Positions 1-10,210 are shown, counted from the stretch's first letter. The stretch is 64,000 bases of DNA from a virus (IMGVR_UViG_3300013936_000002:10408-74407); one strand, 5' to 3'. Notes: generated by a model not told the origin, from the letters alone. A program made the numbers and translations.

Positions 1-1698
1 AATAAAAAGATTACAAATTTTCAAACTTGGGATTTAGATGAAATAAAAGATTTTTATAACGAACATATTAATGACATGTTTATCGGTTGGAATAACTATC
101 ATTATGATGATTTAATTTTAGAAACAATTATTAATGATAAAAATCCATATTTAACAAGTAAAAAAATTATTGATAAAAAATATGTTGAAAGAGATAAAAA
201 TTTTAAATTAATTAGTTATGATTTAACTGAAAATCAATATTTATCTTTAAAATTAACTGAATTAATATGTGGTAAAAACATTCATACAACTGATGTTAAT
301 TTCAATTTAGATAGAGAATTAACTGAAAAAGAAAAAAAATTAACTGAAAATTATAATATGGATGATTTGAATCAAACTTATTATAATTTTATGAAATTTT
401 ACAATCAATTTTCTTTAAGAATTGATATTATAAAAGAATTTAATTTAGATTTAGTCTCAAGTTTAAAATTAACTGAAGGTCAACTCGCAGCAAAAGTATT
501 AGGTGCAAAAAAAATAACAGGTATTGAATATCAAAAAATAAGCCCAGTATTATATAATACTTTAAAAATTAAAAATGAAGGTTTAAAAAACTTTTATTTA
601 AATGAATCTTTTAGAAAAGGTTATTCTTTAGAAATTAAAATATGTGGTAGTGATATTAAAATAAGTGGTGGTGGAAGCCACTCAGCTGAAAAAAAATCTT
701 ATTTTCCAAAACTTCTATATATAGATGTTGAAGGATTTTATAACTCAATAATGATTTATTATGATTTATTGCCTCGCTCAATAGATGAAAAAGGTAAAGC
801 ATTATATAAACAAATGTTTGAAGAACAATTAAAATTAAAGAAAACTAATCCACGAAAAAGAGCTGTCTATAAAAAGATATTATTAGCTGTTGGTGGTGGA
901 ATGAACAATCAATATACTGATTTCTATGATCCACAAAAATATTCGTTAATGTCAATTACAGGTCAATTATTTATATTTGACTTATTAGAGAAATTACAAG
1001 ATTCTAAAATCGATTTAACATTAGCACAAACAAACACTGATGGTTTAATGTTAGAGTTAAAAAACTGGGATAAAGATTTTATGAAAATTTGTGATATTGT
1101 TGATGAATGGAGTAAAAGAACTAAATTCTCAGTAAAAAAAGAGATTTTATATGATGTTTATCAAAAAGATGTTAACAATTATATTTGCAAGGATGAAAAT
1201 GATGAAATTGTATTTAAAGGAAAATCAGTTAAAAACTATGATGTTTCCGATAAAGCGTATGGTTCAAAAGATTTATTTGGTTGTACTGAACCACCAATCA
1301 TAGCACAAGGAATTATTAATTTTTTATTAAATGATATTGAACCACATGACTTTGTTAATCAAAATAAAGAAAACTTATTATTGTTTCAATATCCATTAAA
1401 AAAAGGAACTTTTGATTATACAATTTATGAAGTATTTAATATTCATAATTTAGAAACAAAAACAATTAAATTACATGGTATAGATAGAGGTTTTGCTTAT
1501 AACTCAGATGAAGAATATGGAAAAGTCTATAAGTGTTCAAAAAATAAAAAACAATTAATATCTGATTTACCTGCAAATATATTGATTTACAATGATGATA
1601 TAACTACAAAAGAGGCATATAACTATTTAAAAGATAAGATTGATTATAATTATTATGTAAATAGAATATGCGATAAAATAAATGAATTTATAAAATAA
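1..1698 (+). CDS. Phage family-B-like DNA polymerase, 5' truncated by the window edge
   Basis: Frame is open from base 1 (track starts at Met 76). ExoII-like GWNNYHYD, motif A YIDVEGFYNS, motif B YKKILLAVGGGM, motif C NTDGLM. Confidence 0.85.
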   Translation, partial: NKKITNFQTWDLDEIKDFYNEHINDMFIGWNNYHYDDLILETIINDKNPYLTSKKIIDKKYVERDKNFKLISYDLTENQYLSLKLTELICGKNIHTTDVNFNLDRELTEKEKKLTENYNMDDLNQTYYNFMKFYNQFSLRIDIIKEFNLDLVSSLKLTEGQLAAKVLGAKKITGIEYQKISPVLYNTLKIKNEGLKNFYLNESFRKGYSLEIKICGSDIKISGGGSHSAEKKSYFPKLLYIDVEGFYNSIMIYYDLLPRSIDEKGKALYKQMFEEQLKLKKTNPRKRAVYKKILLAVGGGMNNQYTDFYDPQKYSLMSITGQLFIFDLLEKLQDSKIDLTLAQTNTDGLMLELKNWDKDFMKICDIVDEWSKRTKFSVKKEILYDVYQKDVNNYICKDENDEIVFKGKSVKNYDVSDKAYGSKDLFGCTEPPIIAQGIINFLLNDIEPHDFVNQNKENLLLFQYPLKKGTFDYTIYEVFNIHNLETKTIKLHGIDRGFAYNSDEEYGKVYKCSKNKKQLISDLPANILIYNDDITTKEAYNYLKDKIDYNYYVNRICDKINEFIK

Positions 1699-1708
1699 GG
1701 AGAGAAAA

Positions 1709-2053
1709 ATGCAAGAATCAAGAATTTATAAATTATTTGAATTAAAAGGAAATATTGAAGAAGCTATTTCTAATTATGGTAAAGTAATTGAACAACAAAC
1801 TAACTTAGTTGATACATTAGAAAAATCTGAAAATAAAGAATATTTTAAAGATTTTATTAATGGTATTAAAGACTCTATTGAACAAGAAAAGAAAGATTTA
1901 GAAAAGACAAAAGAAAGATATAATGTATTAACATCTTTACTTGAAATCTATAATAAACAAGATGAACCATCAAAATTTGTTGATTATATTGTTACTAATA
2001 CATTCATTGCTTTAGGTATTGGTGATGAAACATCTAATAATAAAATTAGCTAA
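1709..2053 (+). CDS. Hypothetical coiled-coil protein directly upstream of terL (small terminase not demonstrable)
   Basis: GGAG RBS, tight spacing between polymerase and terL, no recognisable motif. Confidence 0.6.
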   Translation: MQESRIYKLFELKGNIEEAISNYGKVIEQQTNLVDTLEKSENKEYFKDFINGIKDSIEQEKKDLEKTKERYNVLTSLLEIYNKQDEPSKFVDYIVTNTFIALGIGDETSNNKIS

Positions 2054-2055
2054 TT

Positions 2056-4089
2056 ATGAATGAGATTCAAAGACAATTATACAGAGTTTTATATAAAAAA
2101 AGCTTTTACGAATTTGTAAAAGCTTTTTGGCATTGTGCTGATCCTGCTCCTTTTATTGATGGTATTTTAATTGAATATTATTGTGAAGTTGCACAATACA
2201 TGTGTCGAGGTTGGTTTGGTTATAAACCAGTTAAAACAATAGAATTACCAAAATCCGATAATATAATTGTTATTGATATTAGAAAAGAAAACAAAAGAAA
2301 TCTTAATTTAAACATTCCACCAAGACATTCAAAATCAATTATATTCAATATTATGCTTGGTGTATGGGTATGGATCAATCTACCTTTAAAAGTTGCTTCT
2401 ATTTCACATAGAGATGATTTAGCTAAGAAAATGAATACTGGTAGAAAAAACATTATTAACTCATCTGAATTTAAATTCTTTTTTCCTGAGATTGAGTTAA
2501 TTGCTAATACAAACTCACAATTAACTGATTCTCGTGGTGGTGAGTTATACTCAATCAATAGAAATGCTTTTACTGGTTATGGTGCTGATATTATTGTTAA
2601 TGATGATTTAACAAATGCAGAAGTAGCTAGAAAAGATAAAGAAGAAATGGATAATGCATGGGCTTATTTTGAAAACACTATGCCTTCAAGAATTAACAAT
2701 GTTGATACTGGTGTTATATTTAATATTCAACAAAGATTAGCTCCTAATGATATTACTGGTCATATTTTAGATAAACCTAAATTAAGAGATGAATATATTT
2801 TTATTACATTACCGGCGATTTTTGAAAAAGATACTTATATCGTGTTTCCTATTAGTGGTAAAATTCATAAGTTTTCTAAAGGTGATTCTCTATGGAAAGA
2901 AAGATTTGGAGATTATAAATCTTTAAGAAACCAAGTTGGTGAAACAATATTTCAAACTCAATATTTACAAAAACCTATTGCAAGTGATAGAACAATCGTT
3001 AAAGAAAACATGATTATTGAAGTTGATGGGTCAGAAGCAGATGGGTTTGACATCTCAACTGGTTTAATTGATACTTATGCAGTTGATACAATTTATGCAA
3101 GTCATGACTTTCCTGTTAAAGATAAAGAGAAATCTGATAATCTTGGTTCAATATTAGCTTATAAATATGGTGCTGTTTTATATATTGTTGATGCTTTAGA
3201 AAAGAAAATGTCTTACACAGCATCTTTAGATTATGTACAATCAATCGATAATCTTTATCCTGGTTCATTACAAGTAATTGAAGATAAAGCTAACGGAGCA
3301 CCTATTATTCAACAATTACAAGATATTGTACCTGGTATACAAGTTTATTCCCCAGGAACTAATAGTAAAACTCAAAGATTAGAATCAGCTACTAACTATA
3401 TACGGAATGTTAGATTTGTACGAACTATTTATGATAGATTTACTGATACTTGGAGATTATCAACTAATATGGAAAACTTGAGAAAACGATTAATTTCATT
3501 TCCATTTGTTGATCATGATGATTTAGATGATTCATTTTCTCAATTAATAGCTTTTGTCTTTATGGATAAAAAATACATGGTTTATGGAAAATCTTTCTCG
3601 GCTAATAATATTATTAAAGATATTCCATCTATTGATTTTTCAACTATTTTCTTTAATAAAGAAGGAGATATTTGGAAAATTGTAAAAATAGGAATACATT
3701 ATGGTGAAAAAACATCAATTGTTGTTTTACAAGAAGATGTATTTAAAGCTAGTTTATCTGAAGGCATTAGTATGATAAAAGAAAAAATACCTAATGAAAC
3801 AGTCATTATTGATTGTTCTAGTACACCTGCAATGAATGGACTATATCATTGCAATTTGACTATTGAACGATATGAGATAGAAGATTTTGAAAAAAGTGTA
3901 CAATCATTAGACATGGCATTTTATAACGAATCATTATTAATAGATAATCATTGCAAACAAACAATTAATGATATTGAAAAGTTTAAATTTGCAAAAACAA
4001 AAGACACTAACGACATCAAGTATAGAAGCGATAAAGATGGTCTATGTGCTTGTTTAAGAGTAGCATTAGCATATTATGGTATAAGTTAA
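2056..4089 (+). CDS. terL: Terminase large subunit with C-terminal extension
   Basis: Walker A NIPPRHSKS, Walker B IIVNDDL, coupling motif IQQRL..ND..G, RNase H-like nuclease SHDFPVKD / IEDKANG / DHDDLDDSFSQ. Confidence 0.93.
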   Translation: MNEIQRQLYRVLYKKSFYEFVKAFWHCADPAPFIDGILIEYYCEVAQYMCRGWFGYKPVKTIELPKSDNIIVIDIRKENKRNLNLNIPPRHSKSIIFNIMLGVWVWINLPLKVASISHRDDLAKKMNTGRKNIINSSEFKFFFPEIELIANTNSQLTDSRGGELYSINRNAFTGYGADIIVNDDLTNAEVARKDKEEMDNAWAYFENTMPSRINNVDTGVIFNIQQRLAPNDITGHILDKPKLRDEYIFITLPAIFEKDTYIVFPISGKIHKFSKGDSLWKERFGDYKSLRNQVGETIFQTQYLQKPIASDRTIVKENMIIEVDGSEADGFDISTGLIDTYAVDTIYASHDFPVKDKEKSDNLGSILAYKYGAVLYIVDALEKKMSYTASLDYVQSIDNLYPGSLQVIEDKANGAPIIQQLQDIVPGIQVYSPGTNSKTQRLESATNYIRNVRFVRTIYDRFTDTWRLSTNMENLRKRLISFPFVDHDDLDDSFSQLIAFVFMDKKYMVYGKSFSANNIIKDIPSIDFSTIFFNKEGDIWKIVKIGIHYGEKTSIVVLQEDVFKASLSEGISMIKEKIPNETVIIDCSSTPAMNGLYHCNLTIERYEIEDFEKSVQSLDMAFYNESLLIDNHCKQTINDIEKFKFAKTKDTNDIKYRSDKDGLCACLRVALAYYGIS

Positions 4090-4114
4090 AAAGAGGTTCA
4101 TAAGAGCCTCTTTT
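4089..4114. terminator. Bidirectional intrinsic terminator after terL
   Basis: aaaagaggttc-ataa-gagcctctttt hairpin with A/T tails on both sides. Confidence 0.8.
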
Positions 4115-4120
4115 AATTAA

Positions 4121-4256
4121 TAAAAAAAGATATCGTTTGCAACCGATATCTTCTCCGTAGCTACTATAAGTTCGAAATTCCATAAGTCTTTTTTAGAATA
4201 TTGAACTTGCGATTACAACATTCATTTTAAAGCATACTACTTTTTCAAACTTACTA
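4121..4256 (-). ncRNA. Candidate ~135-nt small RNA
   Basis: Bounded by a consensus promoter (4262-4295) and a terminator (4122-4152). Only a 10-codon ORF without clear RBS. The 5' segment taagtttgaa can pair with ttcgaactta. Confidence 0.5.
4122..4152 (-). terminator. Intrinsic terminator
   Basis: Minus strand aagatatcg-gttgcaaa-cgatatctt followed by a T run. Confidence 0.75.
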
Positions 4257-4261
4257 TATAA

Positions 4262-4295
4262 ATTATACTATATTTTTTTTGAATTGTAAATAGTT
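4262..4295 (-). promoter_or_regulatory. Conserved phage promoter (AACTA-TTTACA-17-TATAAT)
   Basis: Minus strand aactatttaca attcaaaaaaaatatag tataat; same motif as the right-arm promoters. Confidence 0.75.
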
Positions 4296-4296
4296 A

Positions 4297-4758
4297 TTAT
4301 TCACTTTGATAACTTTTATAAAAATCATCAAAAGACCATCTTGTTATTAAACCAGTATTATCTATTGTAATAAAAATTGGAGAATATTTTAATCTATTAA
4401 CATCAAATGTTGTTATACCCGGAAAAAAAGCCTTTAAATTCATAAAGCTTCCACCTGATAAAACTAATGAAATAATATCTTTTAAATTGGAAGACCACAT
4501 AGGAAAATTTACAAAATAATTTTCATTAAATATTTTTATAATTACAATATCTGTGGAGTTTAAGCCAAAAGTACATGTGTTTATAAAGGATCTTAAATTA
4601 TTTAAATCTTCTTCTTTTAATTGATATGTATTTTTAGTATCATCAAAAAATACACTGTTTAAACCATTATATATTTTAATATTAGCACATTCTTTTGCTT
4701 TTAAATTTTTATATGGTTGATATCTACCATTTCTTACATAATAATTTTTTAATTTCAT
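4297..4758 (-). CDS. Hypothetical protein, last gene of the structural arm
   Basis: AAGGAG RBS, contiguous with upstream gene. Confidence 0.6.
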   Translation of the reverse strand: MKLKNYYVRNGRYQPYKNLKAKECANIKIYNGLNSVFFDDTKNTYQLKEEDLNNLRSFINTCTFGLNSTDIVIIKIFNENYFVNFPMWSSNLKDIISLVLSGGSFMNLKAFFPGITTFDVNRLKYSPIFITIDNTGLITRWSFDDFYKSYQSE

Positions 4759-4774
4759 ATTTTTTTATCTCCTT

Positions 4775-5749
4775 TTAAATAGCTGTTGGTGTGTCATCAA
4801 CTTTAGTTATTAAAGTTCCATCTTTGAATTTCCAAACAGTGGTATATTCTATATAATTATTTTCACTAATTCTTATTTTAGTGCCGTTTTTTGCTTTTGT
4901 TAATGTTGTTAAATCTTGTAAACTATCAGCAACTAAATTACTTGAACTAATGTACTCTAAATAAATTTCATCATTTAAAGTAATAAAATGTCGATATAAA
5001 TCTATATTGCCATCACCATATAAAGTCATATCTCCAAATAGTGTTTTAAATTTTAATGCTTTCTTTTGATTAGATATTTCTACACCATCATGCTCAAGTA
5101 TTATCGCACCTGTTGAATCAACATTTATATCCGTTGGTGTAACTTTAACTAATTCTTCGAATGTTTTATTGTTTCCGATTGCTTTAGTAAATAATTTACC
5201 ACTTGCAGTATCAATTTTTACTTCTTCAGTGTAATCAGTATCTTTTTCACTAGCTTTTATACCACCTAATTTTGTTTCGCTTGCTTGTGGTAATGTATAT
5301 GCACCTGCTGTATGAACATAAAGTTTCCCAGTACTTGCATCAATCTTTACTTCAGTATTGTCAATTGATGTTTTTGTTTCTGCTCTTATACCACCTAAAT
5401 CTTTTGCATTTGCTTGTGTAATTTCACTACTTATTGATTTTGCAGGGTATGAAACTACCATGTATAATGGATAAGTTCTATTGACTTCTTCGTTATTTAT
5501 ATAACCTATAATTTGAATTGTAAAACCAAATAGATCAATAAATTTAGGATCAATATCACATGTATTTGTACTATCAATAGTTTTAATATAAGTATCATCT
5601 CTATCTTGTACAATTACTTTTTTAGTATCATAAGTAGACCAAATTTCATCAAAGGTAAAATTAGCAACTACATCTGCAGCTCTAGGTTTAATTTTGTTTG
5701 TATCAGTTCTTTTTAATAATTTGTCTTCTACATTAAATTGTAAATCCAT
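4775..5749 (-). CDS. Tail fibre / baseplate-upper-like protein
   Basis: BppU-like N-terminus (LQFNV..K.LKRTD..ANFTFDEIW), two LGGI[RK]A repeats, segment shared with 11789-13684. Confidence 0.65.
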   Translation of the reverse strand: MDLQFNVEDKLLKRTDTNKIKPRAADVVANFTFDEIWSTYDTKKVIVQDRDDTYIKTIDSTNTCDIDPKFIDLFGFTIQIIGYINNEEVNRTYPLYMVVSYPAKSISSEITQANAKDLGGIRAETKTSIDNTEVKIDASTGKLYVHTAGAYTLPQASETKLGGIKASEKDTDYTEEVKIDTASGKLFTKAIGNNKTFEELVKVTPTDINVDSTGAIILEHDGVEISNQKKALKFKTLFGDMTLYGDGNIDLYRHFITLNDEIYLEYISSSNLVADSLQDLTTLTKAKNGTKIRISENNYIEYTTVWKFKDGTLITKVDDTPTAI

Positions 5750-5787
5750 AATTTAAACTCCTTTCTTTAACATTATAATATAAATAT

Positions 5788-6450
5788 TTAATCAAATAAC
5801 ATTGGTAGTTTATCAAATTTCTTTAATTCATTTTGAACATACTTTTCAGTATTTTCACATCTTAATTTACTATCTTTGCAAATATCATAACTCATCCATG
5901 TTGACAAAGAAAATGAATGTGTAAATTTTAAGTTTGTTTCTATTACTTTATCTCTTACCCAACATACACGATTAATAATAGTAAAGAAAGCATTATCTTC
6001 ATAACCTTCATTCTTTTCAGCTTCTAAATTAGGTATATCAACAATTTCAAATAATTTTCTTGATATGCACATTCCACAAAATAAAGCATTTTTTTGAGAA
6101 AAGAAAGTATTAGGATGTCGATATAATTGTTTTAAAAAGTCTTGTCCTTCTTCATAACTACCTTCAACATAACCATCATCATCAAATAAAATAATATAAT
6201 CAAAATCACTTTCTAAAAATTTTTGTCTAAGTATTCTTCTAGCTTTTGCAATACCTAATTTTTTATCGAATTTATATTCTATTAAATTTGTCTCATTTAA
6301 AGTCAAATCACGATAGTTTTGTTCAATAATGATAATTTGTATGTTAAATATAGAATTGAGTTGAGATAGCAACTTTTTACAATTATTAAATCGTTTTTCT
6401 CTAAACTCATTATCAGGCAAATAACTAACTATTCCTATACAAGGATTCAT
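5788..6450 (-). CDS. Glycosyltransferase, GT-A / family 2-like
   Basis: N-terminal IGIVSY, GIAKARR, YIILFDDD (DxD), GYED motif. Confidence 0.75.
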   Translation of the reverse strand: MNPCIGIVSYLPDNEFREKRFNNCKKLLSQLNSIFNIQIIIIEQNYRDLTLNETNLIEYKFDKKLGIAKARRILRQKFLESDFDYIILFDDDGYVEGSYEEGQDFLKQLYRHPNTFFSQKNALFCGMCISRKLFEIVDIPNLEAEKNEGYEDNAFFTIINRVCWVRDKVIETNLKFTHSFSLSTWMSYDICKDSKLRCENTEKYVQNELKKFDKLPMLFD

Positions 6451-6453
6451 AAA

Positions 6454-9400
6454 TTAATCTCCTTTGCTTTTATAATACTCTAAATACTCAACGATTGCAT
6501 TATTATTAATAGAATCGTAAGGTGTAATTTTATTGTAGCCATTTTTGAGAAGTAATCTAGTTAAAGATGTTGCTTCAAAAGTTTGGTCAACTGTTTTGTA
6601 AGTAATAGTAATTGGATTTTGCTTGAAATAGTTGTTGACTTTTTCAACTGTCCAATTATTAAGTGAGTTGTCGGTGGAGTCATCTAGTTTGATATAGATA
6701 ACACCATTGTTTGTTCCTATTCCTTTTTTTGCATCGACTTGTATATCACGGCATGGAACTAGTGGTAAATCACTTGTAGTGACCATAAGTTGACTTGCAT
6801 AGTTAATAGCATAATCGGTATTTAATGAATCAACATTTGGAATATTAAGCACTTGAATTGTACCATTATCACTCATAAACAAATTATTCGTTCCATCCAG
6901 TACAATCTCATTAGTTTGTCGATAAACCCCTTCATAGGTAAGATAGTCAAACTTTCGTAAAGGTTGTTTAATTAATACTTCTTTAGTGAAAGAGTAGTAT
7001 GGTTCGTATTCTGGTATTTGATCACCTTCAACTACAATTAATGTCTCAAATAATAGGTTATATTCATATCGATAATTATTAGTTATTAACACATACATAT
7101 CTTTTTCAAGTTCTATTGTAGCACTAAAACCCTTAACAACTTCACCAACCTTTGAGCCTAAATCACCAGTCCAATTTATAACTTTTCCTATAATCATATT
7201 TTTATCACTTTTAAAAGTGTATTTTCCTTTTTTTAAATAAATTACTTTCGAAACATTACCTGCATATCTATACACAATTTGATTTGAGCCACTAAATGTT
7301 ACAAAAATTATAGGAGTATTTACATTATCAAACAAATTCTTCCCTTTAACATTCAAGAAAGCCGAGTATTTATCTTGATATGGTAAGAATGTTGTAGGTA
7401 TTTTATTTCCTTCAACAAACATAAGTTTGAAAACCAAATTTTTGAATACTTGTTTAGGGTAAATTGAAAAACCAATTTTTTTACATTCATAATTACTAAT
7501 TGTTTTAGTTGCACTTTTTTCCCCATCTGCTAATGATATAAAATTAATCTCACTTTTTTTATCATATAAAATAATTCTCATACCATTTACAAAACTAACT
7601 TCTTCAGGTATAAATGAGTTAAAAGAATATGATCCGTTTAAAGTCTTGACAAAATCAAACCACAACCATGTTTCACTAGTTATGCCTGTCGGTGTGCCAT
7701 TTAAAGCAACGACACCATTTTTTATGCTATAAGTTACCCCTGCAATTGTGCCTTTAGTATCATGTAATTCAAGCAAATTTTTCTTATCGGCAAAGCTCTC
7801 AATGTAAGGGTCAAAATATGGTTCGTATGGAATTGATACATTGTCCGTTTCGTATAAGCCAAATGTTACATTCGATAAATTTACGGTGGTGCCTGAAGGT
7901 GAGGAATCTTGAACTGAAATCTGTACACTTTCATAATCACTAGCCCATGTAAATTTAGGATTGTCATAGCTTACAAAATATTCATAAGTTCCATCAGTCT
8001 TTTTAATGGATGCTTGTAATATTAAAGATAAACTATTGCTACTACATTGTAAAACATAAGTTTTACCAACAACCATTTTATCAGTCATATCTTTACTATA
8101 AAATACAATATATTGTTGAGTAGATGTTCCACTAACAGTCATTTTTTGATTACTTGCATTATAAGTTAAGCCTAATAATGTAGTGCTTGCAATATTAGGT
8201 AAGAAAAACAAATTACTAGACTTAATCAAATTAGAAAATCCGTTAACCTTAAAATCATAACTTCTAGTAGGTTTAAAAGTTTCGGTAATAGCATTTGGTG
8301 ATGAAGTAAAATTATCATCACTTATAGTAGCGTTTGTATCTTCTTTAAAAGTCTTAAATGAAGTCGTATTAATCGTTGTTGGATTTTTAGTTTGATACAT
8401 CAATAAAGTGCCTCTAATAGCCTTTTTGAATTCTTCTAATTTGTCTGAAGTGTTATAGGCTGGGTCGTAAATGATTAAATTGCCAAATTGGTCTAAAGTA
8501 ATACCTTTTATTTTAGTAAATGTTTGGTCGGCTGTAATTGTATCATATCTAGTACATAATAAATTTGGTGCAATATTTGTTGCATTAGGATGTAAAATAT
8601 CGCTTGCTAATTGATTACTTGCCCATCTAATTATTCCACTAGTTTGAGTATTGCTATCACTCCAATTAAAACTACCCAAGTCAACAACCTTAGTGTTCTT
8701 AGTTAGCGCATAATTGCTTAACTTGTCGCTTGCTTGATTATTTATCTTGCTTATTACATTACCTTTTAAATCTATCTCTCGTGGCTCAAGTCCGTTGTAT
8801 TGCACAATTCCATTTTGCCCTAAACTTACAAAGTATGGATTTGCAAATGGTATAAATTGGCTTGGTATTACCGAGGATTTGACAAATGTTGGTTTAATAA
8901 CAATATTATTAAATGTAGTTATAGTTGGTGCTGTTTGTACTGCGATATAACAAATCGAATAAATATTTGAATCCCAAACAAAGCTATTTTTCTTAGTTAA
9001 ATATTGAGTTGTGCCATCTTTTTTTGCTAAAGAAAATTGTAAATATAAATTGTTATCGTTAGATATATCATTAAATGAATAAGTAGCACCATCTTCAAAA
9101 TTTTCAGCACCTAATGAATTATCATAAATATGTGTATAGCCACCATTAGATGTTCCATTTACAACTATCATGCCATTTTTATAATAATATGTTAAACCAT
9201 CTTTTGTCCTTTCACTTAAATCTCCTATTTCAAGCAAATTCTTAAAGTTAGGTTCAAAACTAGTCGGTGCAGTGCTACCTAAAACTAACATTGGTTTAAT
9301 TATTGCATTATCTAATTCTGTATTTGGATTTACTCTAATAGTAAATGAAATGTTTGTTTGATTTTCTAAAAAATCAATACTTCTACTTGCGTTAGCAGTT

Positions 9401-10209
9401 CCTAAAGGTATAGCATTCCAAGCCACACCATTAACACCATATAATATTTGTAAGTCATCACTGCTAGCATTATTAAAACAACTCATTGAATAATATCGCC
9501 CTGATAATCCATCAACAAGACTATAAAATGTTAGTTCAGTTGTATTACCATTACAAGTTACTACCCCATCAGCAATATCTACCTTTATGCCGTATGAACC
9601 ACTATAATATTTGGTTGGTATCGTACTACCACTTACTAATATTGGTTTGATTTCTAAGTTATCAAAAGTTGTTGCTACATTATTACTTTGAATTTTTAAA
9701 TCACATTTTGAATAAACACTTGTATTCCAAGTAAAGCTATCCTTTTTAGTTAAAAATTGAGCTGTCCCATCTATTTTAATTAAATCAATTTGCATATAAA
9801 AATAATCGTTATTTGATATATCATTAAATGAATAAGTAGCACCATCTTCTAATAAATTTTGTATATTTTGATAATGAATAATTGAATAAGTACCATCAGT
9901 TGTACCATTAATTGTTATAATACCATCTTTGATTGAGTATGTAATTCCATTAGTCGTTGTTTCTTCTTTATCAGGAATATTCAATAAATTAACGCTCTTG
10001 CCAATATAGTATGTTCCATCTTCAATCCTTATTTTGTTAGCATTTGCATCCTCAATTTTTGTTGCACCATTAAAAGAAGTAGCATATTTTATTTCACCTA
10101 CGCTATCTTCTATTACATCACCATTTACTTTTGCTACTTCGCTATTAAATGGCGTTCTATATGGCTCACTCATTATCAGTGCTTGTTTTCTCTTTAACTT
10201 TTTATTCAT
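6454..10209 (-). CDS. Large repetitive tail fibre/adhesin protein (1251 aa)
   Basis: Repeated [KN]NL[LF]...G[IL]TY..K[DN]G.....NGT modules, Asn/Thr/Ser rich, within the fibre cluster. Confidence 0.75.
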   Translation of the reverse strand: MNKKLKRKQALIMSEPYRTPFNSEVAKVNGDVIEDSVGEIKYATSFNGATKIEDANANKIRIEDGTYYIGKSVNLLNIPDKEETTTNGITYSIKDGIITINGTTDGTYSIIHYQNIQNLLEDGATYSFNDISNNDYFYMQIDLIKIDGTAQFLTKKDSFTWNTSVYSKCDLKIQSNNVATTFDNLEIKPILVSGSTIPTKYYSGSYGIKVDIADGVVTCNGNTTELTFYSLVDGLSGRYYSMSCFNNASSDDLQILYGVNGVAWNAIPLGTANASRSIDFLENQTNISFTIRVNPNTELDNAIIKPMLVLGSTAPTSFEPNFKNLLEIGDLSERTKDGLTYYYKNGMIVVNGTSNGGYTHIYDNSLGAENFEDGATYSFNDISNDNNLYLQFSLAKKDGTTQYLTKKNSFVWDSNIYSICYIAVQTAPTITTFNNIVIKPTFVKSSVIPSQFIPFANPYFVSLGQNGIVQYNGLEPREIDLKGNVISKINNQASDKLSNYALTKNTKVVDLGSFNWSDSNTQTSGIIRWASNQLASDILHPNATNIAPNLLCTRYDTITADQTFTKIKGITLDQFGNLIIYDPAYNTSDKLEEFKKAIRGTLLMYQTKNPTTINTTSFKTFKEDTNATISDDNFTSSPNAITETFKPTRSYDFKVNGFSNLIKSSNLFFLPNIASTTLLGLTYNASNQKMTVSGTSTQQYIVFYSKDMTDKMVVGKTYVLQCSSNSLSLILQASIKKTDGTYEYFVSYDNPKFTWASDYESVQISVQDSSPSGTTVNLSNVTFGLYETDNVSIPYEPYFDPYIESFADKKNLLELHDTKGTIAGVTYSIKNGVVALNGTPTGITSETWLWFDFVKTLNGSYSFNSFIPEEVSFVNGMRIILYDKKSEINFISLADGEKSATKTISNYECKKIGFSIYPKQVFKNLVFKLMFVEGNKIPTTFLPYQDKYSAFLNVKGKNLFDNVNTPIIFVTFSGSNQIVYRYAGNVSKVIYLKKGKYTFKSDKNMIIGKVINWTGDLGSKVGEVVKGFSATIELEKDMYVLITNNYRYEYNLLFETLIVVEGDQIPEYEPYYSFTKEVLIKQPLRKFDYLTYEGVYRQTNEIVLDGTNNLFMSDNGTIQVLNIPNVDSLNTDYAINYASQLMVTTSDLPLVPCRDIQVDAKKGIGTNNGVIYIKLDDSTDNSLNNWTVEKVNNYFKQNPITITYKTVDQTFEATSLTRLLLKNGYNKITPYDSINNNAIVEYLEYYKSKGD

Positions 10210-10210
10210 C

